From Nitrospirales bacterium (GTDB lineage: Bacteria; Nitrospirota; Nitrospiria; Nitrospirales; UBA8639): DNA of 64,000 nucleotides. Below are positions 13,401-28,400 of the stretch, one piece after another. How positions within the stretch are numbered: the stretch's first letter is position 1; every line of letters begins with the position of its first letter. Made by a program: the position numbers and the translations under genes. The notes under the pieces were generated by a model, which had not been told where the DNA came from, made no database searches, and saw only the letters and a list, made by a program, of their open reading frames with translations. The stretch lies in assembly GCA_965203295.1 (NCBI GenBank), contig CBDBCZ010000013.1, positions 128,001-192,000 of the forward strand, in the 5' to 3' direction.

Positions 13401-16400
13401 CTCTAGAATAGCATAAAAAGACCACTTCACCAGTGGTCACGAAGTATAAGCAAATGCAGGTCAGATTTTTGCACAGCCATGGAAAAAATTCTCAGCGATT
13501 TTTCCATGGTGGCAAAAATTTTTTTGCAAAAGGCTTGGGTTCAAGGATAGTGCTCATGCTGATTATTATGTGTTAGATGCATGAGGTGCATTGTTGATGT
13601 AATCATTTTAGCTAGCCTCGAGGCAGGATTTAAAGAATCACTGCTGTAACACTCTGATGAAGGTACTGAAGTAGTAGCTGTAGCTGTAAAATAGTTGACA
13701 AATAGAAAATAGAGTGCTAAATGAGGCTAGTGAGCATTAGTAGCAAGGACAGGCTGGCTAGTCTTAATATTAGGACACTATCAAGTCAGAGAACACCTAC
13801 AGTGGCCGAATCACACTGAGGAATGCTCTCAACAGGATCACAACACACTTAGATGAACAGCTCATTACCTTACAGCTTATTCTCGCAAGTTACAGCCATG
13901 CAAGGCAATTCTGACGGTTGTATACGCTTTTTAATAAAAAGCACTATTGACTTGGGCACACCACAATTGCCTAGTACACCCATGCAGAAGTGTGAACTTT
14001 CAACTCAAAGTTTGGGGGTAGAGAAGTTTCTGGCCCTTTTCCCCCGGATCTTTTCGATTCACTTTTGTTTGCATTTCAAACCACTTGTACCAAGTAGTTA
14101 AAAACGTATTGCACGTGCGCATTATACCAGGTAAGTAATCAAAAAGTGTAATTATGATACAAACACAGCAGCAGGTGCGGTTTATGGCTGTGTAGCGAAA
14201 GACGGGGTATGACTTGGATAAACTCTCTGCAAAACTGAAACAGAGAACTCCCCAGCTTCCATTTGATGTCAGATTCAAGCATGACTGACAGAAGGACAAG
14301 TGCCTTACTTCTGATTCTCGACACCGAATGATTCTCAACACCAAATGATAATTAATTATCACCACTCTATGAAAGTTGATTATTTGGTAATCTGTGAATT
14401 TTTTATGATTTTATCGCATGAACTGCATGGGGAAGGCCCTGAAAATAGTACTAAAATGAAAGAATAAGTTTGTTGCAATGTTACCAACCACAGTAGGCTG
14501 GAGCTTCCCTTTCCGGCATAATCTCAATGACGTGTAAACATGACTATGGTAATATACATGATGTGTGCAGATGTCTATGGGGAAAGCAACGTGTGGTATA
14601 CGTTTGGAGGTTCTTAGAGACCTTGCACAAGACTGAAAATGGTAGAAAAGTGGAGTAGGCAAAAACTGTCATTGAAAACAAAGTAAAAGAATTTTGGAAA
14701 AGATCTATTGTGAAAAAGTCTATATTCTTTTGCTGCAGAGGCGATCAGAAGCACTCCTATAGTTTCTTGGGTAAGCCTTACTAGTGTTTCGTAATTCTCA
14801 GTCTCTGATTGGAATTTTCTGTATCTAAGACAGTCTGTAATCTATTGACTGGTTGTTCATTTGATTAAACTTGTGCTTGTTGATGCTGCACTGAAACCTC
14901 CCTGCTGGCAAGGTTTGCACCACTTTGTTGACAAATCCACTATTTCTGATAGGAATCTGCTTTTTAGTTGTATGGCCTTGACAAAGTTCTAGTTCACACT
15001 CATACTGGGTACCATCATGATCAGCGTAGTTTGAGCTGTCATGCTAAATGTGGCTTGTACATCGTTACCTTTTTTCCCGAGATACGAACACAGACACGAA
15101 GCTCCATTTTTGGGCCTTCTGCCCTGCTGGCACTACCGTAAAGCCTCATAAAAATATGTTAATACACAGATGCAATACCTTATTCTAGTTTTGGGATGTA
15201 AAGGTTGAAACGGTAACCAAACAAGGGTAGAAGCAAAATCGTAAAAAATTCACAGATTATTATCCCTACATCTGGCCAATCACACACAATTCTCAGAACA
15301 CTCACGGCTGCAAGATGGTGGTGCGGGTTGAAATTCTGCACTGTCTGCGTCCACTAGAGTACATGTCGAGGTTGCATTTCCGATCAGTTCAAAGCCCAAA
15401 TTGCAGGTATACGTAGCCATGTCACCAGGCTGGATGTCATTAAATGTCACCATGCCATTTCCAATGTCAACTGGAACATCACACAATGCTGCAGAACAAG
15501 ATTCATGTAAAGAGTGCCAAGGCAGTATACCAATATGCATTTATGAGAAGGAGATTATATACTTGATACAAATGCACTAACGGTTCACTTATAAGCTGCT
15601 ATAACTGACACATTCAACCTAAAAAGGCACGTAGCAATTTCAGGAAGCCTACAGTTATATGTACTTTTTGCTATACTCACGGCTGCAAGCTGGTGGTGTC
15701 GGTTGAAATTCTGCTCTGTCCATATCCACCAATGCACATGTTGTGGTTACATTTCCGATCAGTTCAAAGCTCACATTACAGGTGTAAGTAGCCACATCAC
15801 CGATGGAATTGCCGCTGAATGTGACCATGCCATTGTTAATGACAACTGGATCATCACACAATGCTGCAGAACAAGATTTACAAAAACAATACCATTACGT
15901 AGCCTACTAGTGGTCGGTGTGAAAAAGCTTGTAGTTTATAAGCCCAGAGTTCCTTCACGCACTATTGCCTGCATATAAAATATTGGACTGATGACCCAAA
16001 CTCATACTACCACATACAATCCAAAGTAATAGGTAGGCGTTTACTATGATTATCATTCCATGCACTCACGGCTGCAAGACGGCGGTGCAGGTTGAAATTC
16101 TGCACTGTCCATACCCACTAGAGTACATGTCGTGGTGGCATTTCCGATCAGTTCAAAGCCCAAATTACAGGTGTAAGTAGCCATGTCACCAGGCAGAATG
16201 CCATTAATTGTCACTGTGCCATTGTCAATGTCAACTGGAACGTCACACAATGCCAGTGCTGCAGAACAAAATTCATGTAAAGAGTGCCGAAACAAAATCT
16301 ATCAGCAATTATTAGAAAGTGACGACAGTAGATGCACTAATGGTTCCTTATAAACTGCTGTGATTGACATATTCATCCCAAAAAGGCATGCAGCAATTTT

Positions 16401-19400
16401 AGGACGACTGCAGTTACATATGCTTTTTTGCTATACTCACGCCTGCAAGATGGTGGAATCGGTTGAAATTCTGCACTGCCCATATCCACCAGTGCACATG
16501 TAGTGGTTCTATTTCCAATCAGTTCAAAGCCCACATTACAGGTGTGAGTAGCCACATCACCAATGGAATTGCCGCTGAATGTCACGATGCCGTTGTCAAT
16601 GTCAACTGGATTATCACACAGTGCTGCAAAGCAAGATTTCGCAACTAATGCCAATATACTTGCATAAAGTGGTCAGTCCTTCTCATACTTATACTTGCCT
16701 ATAAAATTTTATGCTGATGGCCCAAACTCATGCAACTAAGGATAATCGTACAATGTTAGCGCTGCAGAACAAGATTGATGTAAAGAGTGCCAAGACAAAA
16801 CCTATCAGCATTTACTAGAAGATGATAGTAGATGCAAATGCACAAATGGTTCCTTTATATGCAGCTATGATGGACACCTTCAACCTAAAATGACATGTAG
16901 CCATTTCAGAAAGTGTATGGTTATACATGTACGTATTTTGTGGTATACTCACGCCTGCAAGATGGTGGAGTCGGTTGAAATTCTGCACTGTCCATATCTA
17001 CTAGAGTACATGTTGTGGTTGTATTTCCGATTAGTTCAAATCCAACATTACAGGTGTAAGTAGCCACACCACCAATGGAATTGCCGCTGAATGTCACGAT
17101 GCCATTGTCAATGTCAACTGGATCATCACACAGTGCTGCAAAGCAAGATTTATGCAACTAATGCCATTATACTTGCTTAAGTGGTTGGTGTGGAGAATTT
17201 AAAAAATCAGAGTTCCTTTCCGTACTTACACCTGCATATAAAATAATGTGCTGATGGCCAAAACTAATGCTATTGTAGTACGGATCATTACACAATGTTA
17301 GCGATGCAGAACAAGATTGATGTAAAGATTGCGAAGACAAAACCTATCAGCATTTACTAGAAGATGATAGTAGATGCAAATGCACAAATGGTTCCTTTTT
17401 TATGCAGCTATGATTGACAAATTCAACTTAAAATGACATGTAGGCATTTGGTTAAACATGTATGTATTCTGTGGTATACTCACGCCGGCATGATGGTTGT
17501 GTCGGTTGAAATTCTGCACTTTCCATATCCACTAGTGCACATGTTGTGGTTGAATTTCCGATCAGTTCAAAGCCGACATTACAGATGTAAGTAGCCACAC
17601 CACCGATGGAATTGCTGTTGAATGTGACTATCCCATTGTCAATGTCAACTGGATCATCGCACAATGCTGTAGAGTAAGATTCATGTGAACAATGCCTGGA
17701 TGCAGCTCACTTGCATAAAGTGGTCGATGTGGAAGTAAACTTAGTAATTTGTAAACCACAGAGTTTCTTCCCATCTGATATAAAAGTTATTACACTGATG
17801 GCCCAAACTCATGCATGCTACCGCATACAACCAAAAACGGTAGGTAGGTGTTTACACTTTATTTAGTTATTAATTTATGCACTCACGGCTGCAAGATGGC
17901 GGTGCAGGTTGAAATTCTACACTACCCACATCCACTAGTGCACATGTTGTGGTTGCACATCCAATCAGTTCAAAGCCCAAATCACAGGTGTATGTAGCAA
18001 CATCACCGATGGAATTTCCAGTAAAAGTCACCATGCCATTGTCAATGTCAACCACATCATCACACAATGCTGCAGAACAAAATTCATTCAAACAAAGTCA
18101 TAATGCAGTTTACATGCATTTGTGTTTGCATGAAGTGGTGAGTGCCGATATGAGCTTACAATTTCTAAACCACACATTCGTTCATACTGATATATGCATT
18201 AAAAACTTACGGCACTTATAACCTGAACACAAGCTACAACAAACAATTAAAAAGGTAGGTAGGTGTTTACACTTATTATACGTATTTATTATTCCATGCA
18301 CTTACGGCTGCAGGATGGTGGTGCAGGTTGAAATTCTGCACTGTCTGTATCCACTAGAGTACATGTCGTAATTGCATCTCCGATTAGTTCAAAGCCCAAA
18401 TCGCAAGTGTAAGAAGCCACATCACCGATGATGGTGCCATTAAAAGTTACCGTGCCATTGTTAATGTCAACCGGAACATCACACAATGGTAGCACTGTAG
18501 AACAAGATTCATTGAATTGTGACTAGACAGAAGCTAATGTGTAGGAGATGATTAATTTGGGAATGCTGCGAATGGACTAGTGACTCTATAAGCCACATAT
18601 AACACAAAGCACAACATGCTACCAAGATTGACATATGAAATCTAAAATGGCCTGTAGTTATTTGAAGAAATTTTGCATACTCACGTCTGCAAGATGGTGG
18701 TGCTGGTTGATATTCTGCATTGCTCATATTCAATAGTGTACATATTGTGTTTGTGCCTCCGATCAGCTCAAATCCCAAATCACAGCTATAAGTAGCCACA
18801 ACACCAACGGAGTTGCCACTGAAGGTTACCATGCCATTGTCAATGTCAACTGGATCATCACACAGTGCTATAGTACAGTGCAAGATTCATGTAAATAATG
18901 CCAACATGCAACATAACTGTATTTGTGGGGAGGAGCTGGGTAGTCTGGGAATGAGCTCAGAGGTTGTTAAAGTCAGATATTCACATACGCATATCAAATC
19001 AACTACTCTTTATTACAGAACACAAGCTACTATGATTGGGCGAGCGTGAGCGAGCCCCACATTAGTGTGTTCAATGGAGAATTTGTCTGTGCGTACGGTG
19101 TACGTACGTACGTACGTATGCACATACCGCATATCGTTTCGCGTTTCAATATAACGTTTCAAATAGTTTCCGTAATATTCCAAATTGTTCACGTGGTCAT
19201 GGTAGCTGCAGTGCAGCTAGCTTAGGGATGGTCTCACAGAGTAGACGGCAGCGGCAAAGGCTACAGCGTTGCCGTATATATCCCCAGGTTGGCGATAAGT
19301 CACATTGGAACAGCAGAGAGCGAGTTCTAGAGCCAGAATAGTTGTCATTTCTCCAGGCCCTCGACAGTGACACTGAGACGAGAGAAGGAGCCAAAAAAGC

Positions 19401-22400
19401 TGCCGAGGGCATGGGCTAATACCTCGCTCACGCTCGCCCCACAAAGCTTTACATTCACCTAGTAGACACATAAAATCAAAAATGGCAGGTAGTAATTTAG
19501 GGAGGTTGTATTTTTATTCTGTGCACTCACGCCTGCAAGATGGTGGTGCTGGTTGAAATGTAGCACTGTCCATATCCACTAGTGTACATGTTGTGGTTAC
19601 ATTTCCGATCAGCTCAAAGCCCAAATCACAGGTGTAAGTAGCCACATCACCAATGGAATTGCCGCTGAATGTTACCATGCCGTTGTTAATGTCAACGGGA
19701 TTATTACACAATGCTGCAGAGCAAAATTCAATGCCATGATGCAGCCTACTTGTACACGTTTGTATGAAGTGGTAAGTGTGGATATCAGCTTAGAATTTGT
19801 AAACTACAGATTCCTCTCAACTGATATATGTATGAAATGCATTGCACTGATAGCTAAAGCACATACTATACAACAAACAACCAAAAAAAGGTAGGTAGGT
19901 GTTTACACTTATTATATTAATTTTATTAATTCATGTACTCACGCCTGCAAGATGGTGGGGCAGGTTGAAATTCTGCACAGTCCATATCCACTAGTGCACA
20001 TGTTGCAGTTCCATTTCCGATCAGTTCAAAGCCCACATTACAGGTGTAAGTAGCCACATCACCGATGGGATTGCCATTGAATGTCACCATCCCATTGCCA
20101 ATGTCAACCGGATTATCACACAATGCTGCAGAGTAACATTTATGCGAAAAATGCTATGATACAACCTACTTGCATTTGTTTGCATGAAGTGGTGAGTGTG
20201 GATACAAGCTTACTATTTTGTTAACGACAGATATATCCATACTGATTATGTGTTAAAGCTATTACAGTGTTAGCCAGATCACATGCTACCGATTACAAAA
20301 ATGATAGGTTACTTTTATTATATCTAATATTCCATGCACTCACGGTTGCAAGATGGTGGTGCAGGTTGAAATTCTGCCCTGTCCGTATCCACTAGAGTAC
20401 ATGTCGTGGTTGCATTTCCGATTAGTTCAAAGCCCAAATTGCAAGTGTAAGTAGCTACACCACCGATGACGGTGCCATTGAAAGTGACCATGCCATTGTC
20501 AATGTCAACTGGTTCACCACATGATTCTGGCACTGCAGAACAAGATTCATTGAATTGTAACAAGCTTAGAATTTGTAAACCATAGATTCTTCCCTACTGA
20601 TATATGTATGAAACCTATTGCACTGATAGCAAGAGCACATGCTACAACAAAAAGGCAAGCAGCTGTTTACACTAAATATACTCACTATTTCACTGATAGT
20701 CAAAGCACATGCTACACTAAACAACCAAAAAAGGTAGGTACGTAGGTGTTTAACCTTAATATACTTATTAATCTATGTACTCACGCCTGCAAGATGGTGG
20801 CGCAGGTTGAAATTCTGCCCTGTCTATAGCCACACGTGCACACGTTGTAATTCCACTTCCGATCAGTTCAAGGCCCACATTACAGGTGTAAGTAGCCACA
20901 TCACCAATGGAATTGCCGTTGAATGTCACCATCCCATTGCCAATGTCAACCGGATCATCACACAATGCTGCAGAGTAAGATTTATGCGAACAATGCTATG
21001 ATACAACTTGCTTGCAATTGTTTGCATGAAGTAGTGAGTGTGGATATGAGCTTAGAATTAGTAAAACACAGATTCATTTATATTGATGTATGTATAAAAC
21101 CTATTGCACTGATACGCAGAACACATACTATCACACACAAACAAAAATAGTACGTAAGTGTTTAGACTTTCTGTATGCACTCACGGCTGCAAGATGGTGG
21201 TGCAGGCTGAAATTCTGCCCTGTCTGTATCCACTAGAGTACATGTCGTGGTTGCATTTCCGATTAGTTCAAAGCCCAAATTGCAAGAGTAGGTAGCCACA
21301 TCACCGATGATGGTGCCATTGAAAGTTACTGTGCCATTGTCAATGTCAACTGGATCATCACATGATTCTGGCACTGCAGAACAAGATTCATTAAATGGTG
21401 ACTAGACAGAAGCTATCACAAAAAATCCCCAGGAGATAATTAATCTATAAATGATGTAAATGGACTAGTAGATGTACTAGTGTATCCATATTACAAAGCA
21501 CAACATGTTACTAAAATTGACATATTAATCTATTATAGCTTGTAGTTATTCTTTAGAATTTTGGATACTAACGTCTGCAAGTTGGTGGTGCCGGTTGAAA
21601 CTCAGCACTGCTCGCATTCAATAGTGTACACATGATGGTTGCATTTCGGATCAGTTGAAAGCCCAATTCACAGGTGTAAGTAGCGACATCACCAATGGAA
21701 TTTCCAGTGAATGTTGCCATGCCATTGTCAATGTCAACCGGATCATCACACAATGCTGCAGAGCAGGATTCAATACCATAATGCAGCCTACTTGCATTTG
21801 TTTGCATGAAGTGGTGAGAGTGTGGATATGGACTTAGAATTTGTTATCACAGATTCTTTCCTACTAATATATTTTTAAAATGTATTGCACTGATAGCCTG
21901 AGCACATGATACAACAAAACAGGTAGGTAGGTGTTTACATTAAATTTTAATGTACTTATTAATCGATGTACTCACGTCTGCAAGAAGGTGGGGCAGGTTG
22001 AAACTCAGCACAGTCCATATCCACTAGAGCACATGTTGGAGTTCCATTTCCGATTAGTTCAAAGCCCACATTACAGGTGTAAGTAGCCACATCACCGATG
22101 GAATTGCCGTTGAATGTCACCATCCCGTTGTCAATTTCAACCGGATCATCACACAATGCTGCAGGGTAAGATTCATGCGAACAATGCAATGATACAACCT
22201 ACTTGCTTTGTTGGCATGAAGGGGGGAAGTGTGAATATGAGCTTAAACTACAGATTAATTCATAATGATGTAAAACCTATTGCACTGATAGCCAGAATAC
22301 ATGCTATTACATACAAACAAAAATGCTAGCTAAGCATTTTCTCTTAATATAATTTCTCCTATTGCATGCACTCACGGCTGCAAGATGGCGGCGCAGGTTG

Positions 22401-25400
22401 AAATTCTGCCCTGTCTGTATCCACTAGCGTACACGTCGTGGTTGCATTGCCGATTAGTTCAAAGCCCAAATCGCAAGTGTAAGTAGCCACATCACCGACG
22501 ACGGTGCCACTGAAAGTTATTGTGCCATTGTCAATGTCAACCGGATCATCACAGAATCCTGGCACTGCAGAACAAGATTCAATGGAAGGTGATTAGACAG
22601 AACTATCACAAATAACGCAGTAGAGATGATTATTCTATGAATGATGTAAATGGACTAGTAAATGGACTAGTGATTCTATAATACAAAGAACAACGTCATC
22701 ATGTTACTAAGGTTAATGTATGGAATCTAAAATGGCCTGTAGTTATTCTGGGATATTTTGTATGCTCACGTCTGCAAGATGGTGGCGCTGGTTGAAATTC
22801 TGCTCTGCTCAAACTTAATAGTGTACATATCGTGGTAGCGTTTCCAATGAGATCAAAGCCCGAATCACAGGCGTAAGTTGCCAAATCACCAACAGAATTT
22901 CCAGTGAATGTCGCCATGCCGTTGTTAATGTCAACCGGATTATCACACAAAGCTGCAGAGTAAGATTCAATGCCATGATGCAGCTTACTTCCATTTGTTT
23001 ACAAGAAGTGGTAAGTGTGGATATGAACTTAGAAATTGTAAACCATAGATTCTTCCCTACTGATTATGTATAAAATCATTGCACTGATAGCCAGAACACA
23101 TGCTGCAACAAAAAAAGGTATGTAGGTGTTTACATGTACTGTATACATTAATCCATGTACTTACGTCTGCAAGATGGTGGTGCAGGTAGAAATTCTGCAC
23201 TGTCCACATCCACCAGTGCACATGCTGCAGTTCCATTTCCAATCAGTTCAAAGCCCATATTACAGGTGTAAGTAGCCACATCACCGATGGAATTTCCAGT
23301 GAATGTCGCCATGCCGTTGTCAATGTCAACCGGATTATCACACAATGCTGCAGAGTAAAATTCAATGACATGATGCAACCTACTTGCATTGAAGTGGTGA
23401 GTGTGGATATAAGCTCGGGGATTGTAAACTACAAATTTTCCCCTACTGATACATGTATAAATCAAACTTATTGCACTAACAGACAAAACACATGAGACAA
23501 AACACAACAGGCAGGTACCGTAGAGTACGTATCAAGCGTCCACCATGTATTAAGCTCCCACCCCCCTCTTCAGCGTCAACTTCCTGCAATGGGTTCGTTT
23601 ATTCACGTAGTATCCGCCCACTCGAACGTGTTGCAAGCACACGATGCAAAGTGAGGAAACAATGTAAGTAAGTCATATAGCCTTTTTTAACCAACTATGG
23701 AAACATTTGTATTAGAATAGTTATAAAAGCATGCAGATAACTGCAAAATATGGCTGAAAAATGAAGTAGCTAGCCGACTTACCGTCGGTATTCCAATTAA
23801 AGCACACTAAAGATCGAATTTTACTGCTTGATTTCGCTCACTGCGCTTTAGTTATAAGTTTAGCTCACCTGGATGGTTTGACATTATTGTAGAAAATATA
23901 TTATGGTGAAGATTCCACACTTCGAGGGTGGTGGGCGGATACTGCATGCTGTTTGCGCACGAATACATAGTAAGCGCCCACCCCCCTCTTCCGCCGCATT
24001 CTAAGGTTCCCCGCCCATGGGCACTTGATACGTACTCTATGGTAGATGTTTACACTTAGGATATTTAATAATCAATGCACTCACGTCTGCAAAATGGTAG
24101 GGCAGGTTGAAATTCTGCACTGTCCATATCCACTAGTGTACATGTTGTAGTTCCATTTCCGATCAGTTCAAAGCCCACATTACAGGTGTAAGTAGCCACA
24201 TCACCGACGGAATTGCCGCTGAATGTCACCATCCCATTGCCAATGTCTACCGGGTCATCACACAATGCTGCAGAGCAAGATTCATTTGGGCAATGCCATG
24301 ATACAATCTACCCGCATTCGTTTGCATGAAAAGGTGAGTGTGGATATGAGCTTAGAAATTGTTAACCACTGATTTGTCCATACTGATTAATATGTGTATA
24401 GGCTATTACCAGAAAACATGCTAACACACACAAACAAAATGATTGTTAAGCATTTATTGTAAACATTCTACTATTCTATGTACTCACGCCTGCAAGATGG
24501 CGGTGTAGGTTGAAATTCTGCACTGTCTACATCCACTAGAGCACATGTCGTGGTTGCGTTTCCAATCAGCTCAAAGCCCACATTACAGGTATAAGTAGCC
24601 ACATCACCAATGGAATTTCCAGTGAATGTTGCCATGCCGTTGTCAATGTCAACCGGATTATCACACAATGCTGCAGAATAAGATTCAATGCCATGATGCA
24701 GCCTACTTGTATTTGTTTGCATAAAGTGATGAGTATGGATATAAGCTTGGAGTTTGTAAACTACAGATTCTTCCCCACAGATACATGTACGAAACTTATT
24801 GCACCAATAGCCAGAACACATGCTACAACAATCATCCTAAAAAAAGTAGGTAGGTGTTTAAACTAATAATTATACTAAATAATTGTATGCATAAAATTTA
24901 TTGATGATAGCCAGAACACATGCTACAGCAAATTACCAAACAATGTTGTAAGTGTGTAAATTTAATTAATTTATGCACTCACGCCTGCAAGCTGGTGGTG
25001 CAGGTTGAAATTCTGCACTATCCATATCCACTTGTGTACATGTTGCAGTTCCATTTCCAATCAGTTCAAAGCCCACATTACAGGTGTAAGTAGCCACATC
25101 ACCAATGGAATTTCCGGTGAATGTCGCCATGCCATTGCCAATGTCAACCGGATCATCACACAATGCTGCAGGGTAAGATTCATGGGATCAATGCCATGAT
25201 ACAATCTACAAGTTTTTGTTTGCATGAAGTGGTGAGCATAGATACGAGCTTAAAATTTAACCACAGATATGTTCATACTGAATTTAGGTCTACCACATGC
25301 AAACAAACTGACAGGTAAGCATTCACTCTTAATGCATTTACTATTCCATACACTCACGTCTGCATGATGGTGGTGCAGGTTGAAATTCTGCTCTGTCTGT

Positions 25401-28400
25401 ATCCACTAGAGTACACGTCGTGGTTGCATTTCCGATTAGTTCAAAGCCCAAATCGCAAGTGTAAGTAGCCACACCACCGATGACGGTGCCATTGAAAGTG
25501 ACCATGCCATTATCAATGTCAACCGGATCATCACATGATTCTGGCACTGCAGAACAAGATTCATTGAATTGTAACTAGACAAAAGCTTACATAATGAATG
25601 CGCAGAAGATGGTTAATCTGGAAATAATATAGATGTACTAGTAAATGAACTAGTAGCTTTATAACACAAAGCACAACATGCTACTAAGATTGACAAATGA
25701 AATCTAAAATGGCCTGTAGTTATTCTAGGAAATTTGCATGCTCACGTCTGCAAGATGGTGGTGCTGGTTGAAATTCTGCTCTGCTCAAACTAAATAGTGT
25801 ACATATGGTGGTTGCGTTTCCGATCAGATCAAAGCCCAAATCACAGGTGTAAGTAGCCACATCACCAACAGAATTTCCAGTGAATGTCACGATGCCGTTG
25901 TTAATGTTAACTGGATTATCACACAATGCTGCAGGGTAAGATTAAATGCCATGATGCAGCTTAATTCCATTTGTTTGCATGAAGTGGTAAGTGTGGATAT
26001 GAGCTTAAAATTTGCAATCCACAGATTTTTTACTACTGATTATGTATAAAATTATTGCACTGATAGCCAGAACACATGCTGCAACTAGAAGTCTCTAGCA
26101 GAGACATACCCCGCGGTGCATAATTCACAACTTGGACCTGGCAGGACTGCAGACTGGGCTGATGGAGTAGTTGGCAAAGTGTACATGTATATCACTGGCT
26201 GTGTATCCGCACGCAGAGTGTACAGCGCTCGTGTACGCGTATAAATCTGTATATCCTATGGGAAGTGGTGGGCGTGACTGATTACCAATATGAACACGTG
26301 ACCAGAGTCCGTATATGCCCGGCCTCTATTGTATTCTAGTTGTGACCGTATTAAAATGGCAGAATGCACCGTTGTTAAAAAAGAAAGAGCTGTAGATACA
26401 GCGAATGGAACCGCTTTGGCGACTATCAGGTACACACCCGGACATTCTTTTTTTGATTTCAATGTTACTGTCGTGTTTAGCAATTGCTTAACCCTGTAAA
26501 TCGCGAGATAGCCCGATTTTTGAGTGGACAGACACCGGACAGACGGACTGACGGACGGACGGACGGACGGACGGACGGACAGACAGAACCAATTGCTTAA
26601 CCCCGCCGCCGCCTACGCGCCGCGGGGTAACAACAAACCAAAAAAGTATTGAGGTGTTTACATGTAATGTATACATTAATTCTTGGACTCACGCCTGCAA
26701 GATGGCGGTGCAGGTTGAAATTCTGCACTGTCCATATCCACCAGTGTACATGTTGCAGTTCCATTTCCAATCAGTTCAAAGCCCACATTACAGGTGTAAG
26801 TAGCCACATCACCAATGGAATTTCCAGTGAATGTCGCCATGCCGTTGTCAATGTCAACCTGATTATCACACAATGCTGCAGAGTAAAATTCAATGACATG
26901 ATGCAGCCTACTTGCATTGGTTTGCATGAAGTGGTGAGTGTGTATGTAAGCTTAGAGTTTGTAAACTACTGATTCTTCCCTATGGATACATGTATAAAAC
27001 TAATTGCACTGATAGCCAAAAGACGAAACAAAAAAACAACCATGAAAAGGTAAGTAGGTGTTTACGCTTAGAATATTTAATAATCAATGTACTCACGCCT
27101 GCAAGATGGTGGGGCAGGTTGAAATTCTGCACTGTCTCTATCCACTAGTGCACATGTTGTAGTTCCATTTCCGATCAGTTCAAAGCCCACATTACAGGTG
27201 TAAGTAGCCACATCACCGACTGAATTGCCATTGAATGTCACCATCCCATTGCCAATATCTACCGGATCATCACACAGTGCTGCAGAGCAAGATTCATGAG
27301 ACCAATGCCATGATACAATCTACCCGCATTTGTTTGCATGAAGTGGTGAGTGTATATATGAGCTTTGAAATGGTTAGCCACAGATTTGTCCATACTGATT
27401 AATATGTGTAAAAGCTATTGCAGCAGTGATAGCCAGAACACATGCTACCACATACAAACAAAATAGTTGGTAAGCATTTATTGTAAACATATCTACTATT
27501 CTATGAACTCACGGCTGCAAGATGGTGGTGCAGGTTGAAATTCTGCACTGTCCATATCCACCAGTGTACATGTTGCAGTTCCATTTCCAATCAGCTCAAA
27601 GCCGAATTCACAGGAGTAAGTAGCCACATCACCAACGGAATTTCCAGTGAATGTTGCCATGCCGTTGTCAATGTCAACTGGATTATCACACAAAGCTGCA
27701 GAGCAAGATTAAATGCTATGATGCAGCCTACTTTCATTTGTTTGTATGAAGTTGGTAGTGTGGATACCAGCTTAGAATTTGTAAACCACAGATTCTTCTC
27801 TGTACTGATTAGGTATGATGATAGTCAGAACACATGCTACAACAAAATATTAAACAATGTATGCAGGGGTTATAAAATATTTATGTACTCACGCCTGCAA
27901 GATGGTGGGGCAGGTTGAAATTCTGCGCTGTCTATATCCACTAGTGCACATGTTGCAGTTCCATTTCCAATCAGTTCAAAGCCCACATTACAGGTGTAAG
28001 TAACCCCATCACCGATGGAATTCCCTGTGAATATCGCCATCCCGTTGTCAATGTTAACCGGATCATCACACAATGCTGCAGGGTAAAATTTATGAAAATA
28101 ATGCCATGATACAACCTACTTTGCAAACTATAAGCATTTGTTTGCATGAAGAAGTGAGTGTGGATATAAGCTAAAAATTTTGTTAACGACAGATATGTCC
28201 ATACTGATTATGTGTTAAAGCTATTACAGTGTTAGCCAGAACACATGCTACCAATTACAAACAAAATGATATGTTATATCTATTATTCCATGCACTCACG
28301 GCTGCAAGATGGTGGTGCAGGTTGAAATTCTGCCCTGTCTGTATCCACTAGAGTACATGTCGTGGTTGCATTTCCAATTAGTTCAAAGCCCAAATTGCAA

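Noticed and set aside
13853..14662. ORFs in the 13124-15305 intron
   Set aside because: No recognisable protein motifs; likely degenerate repeat sequence.
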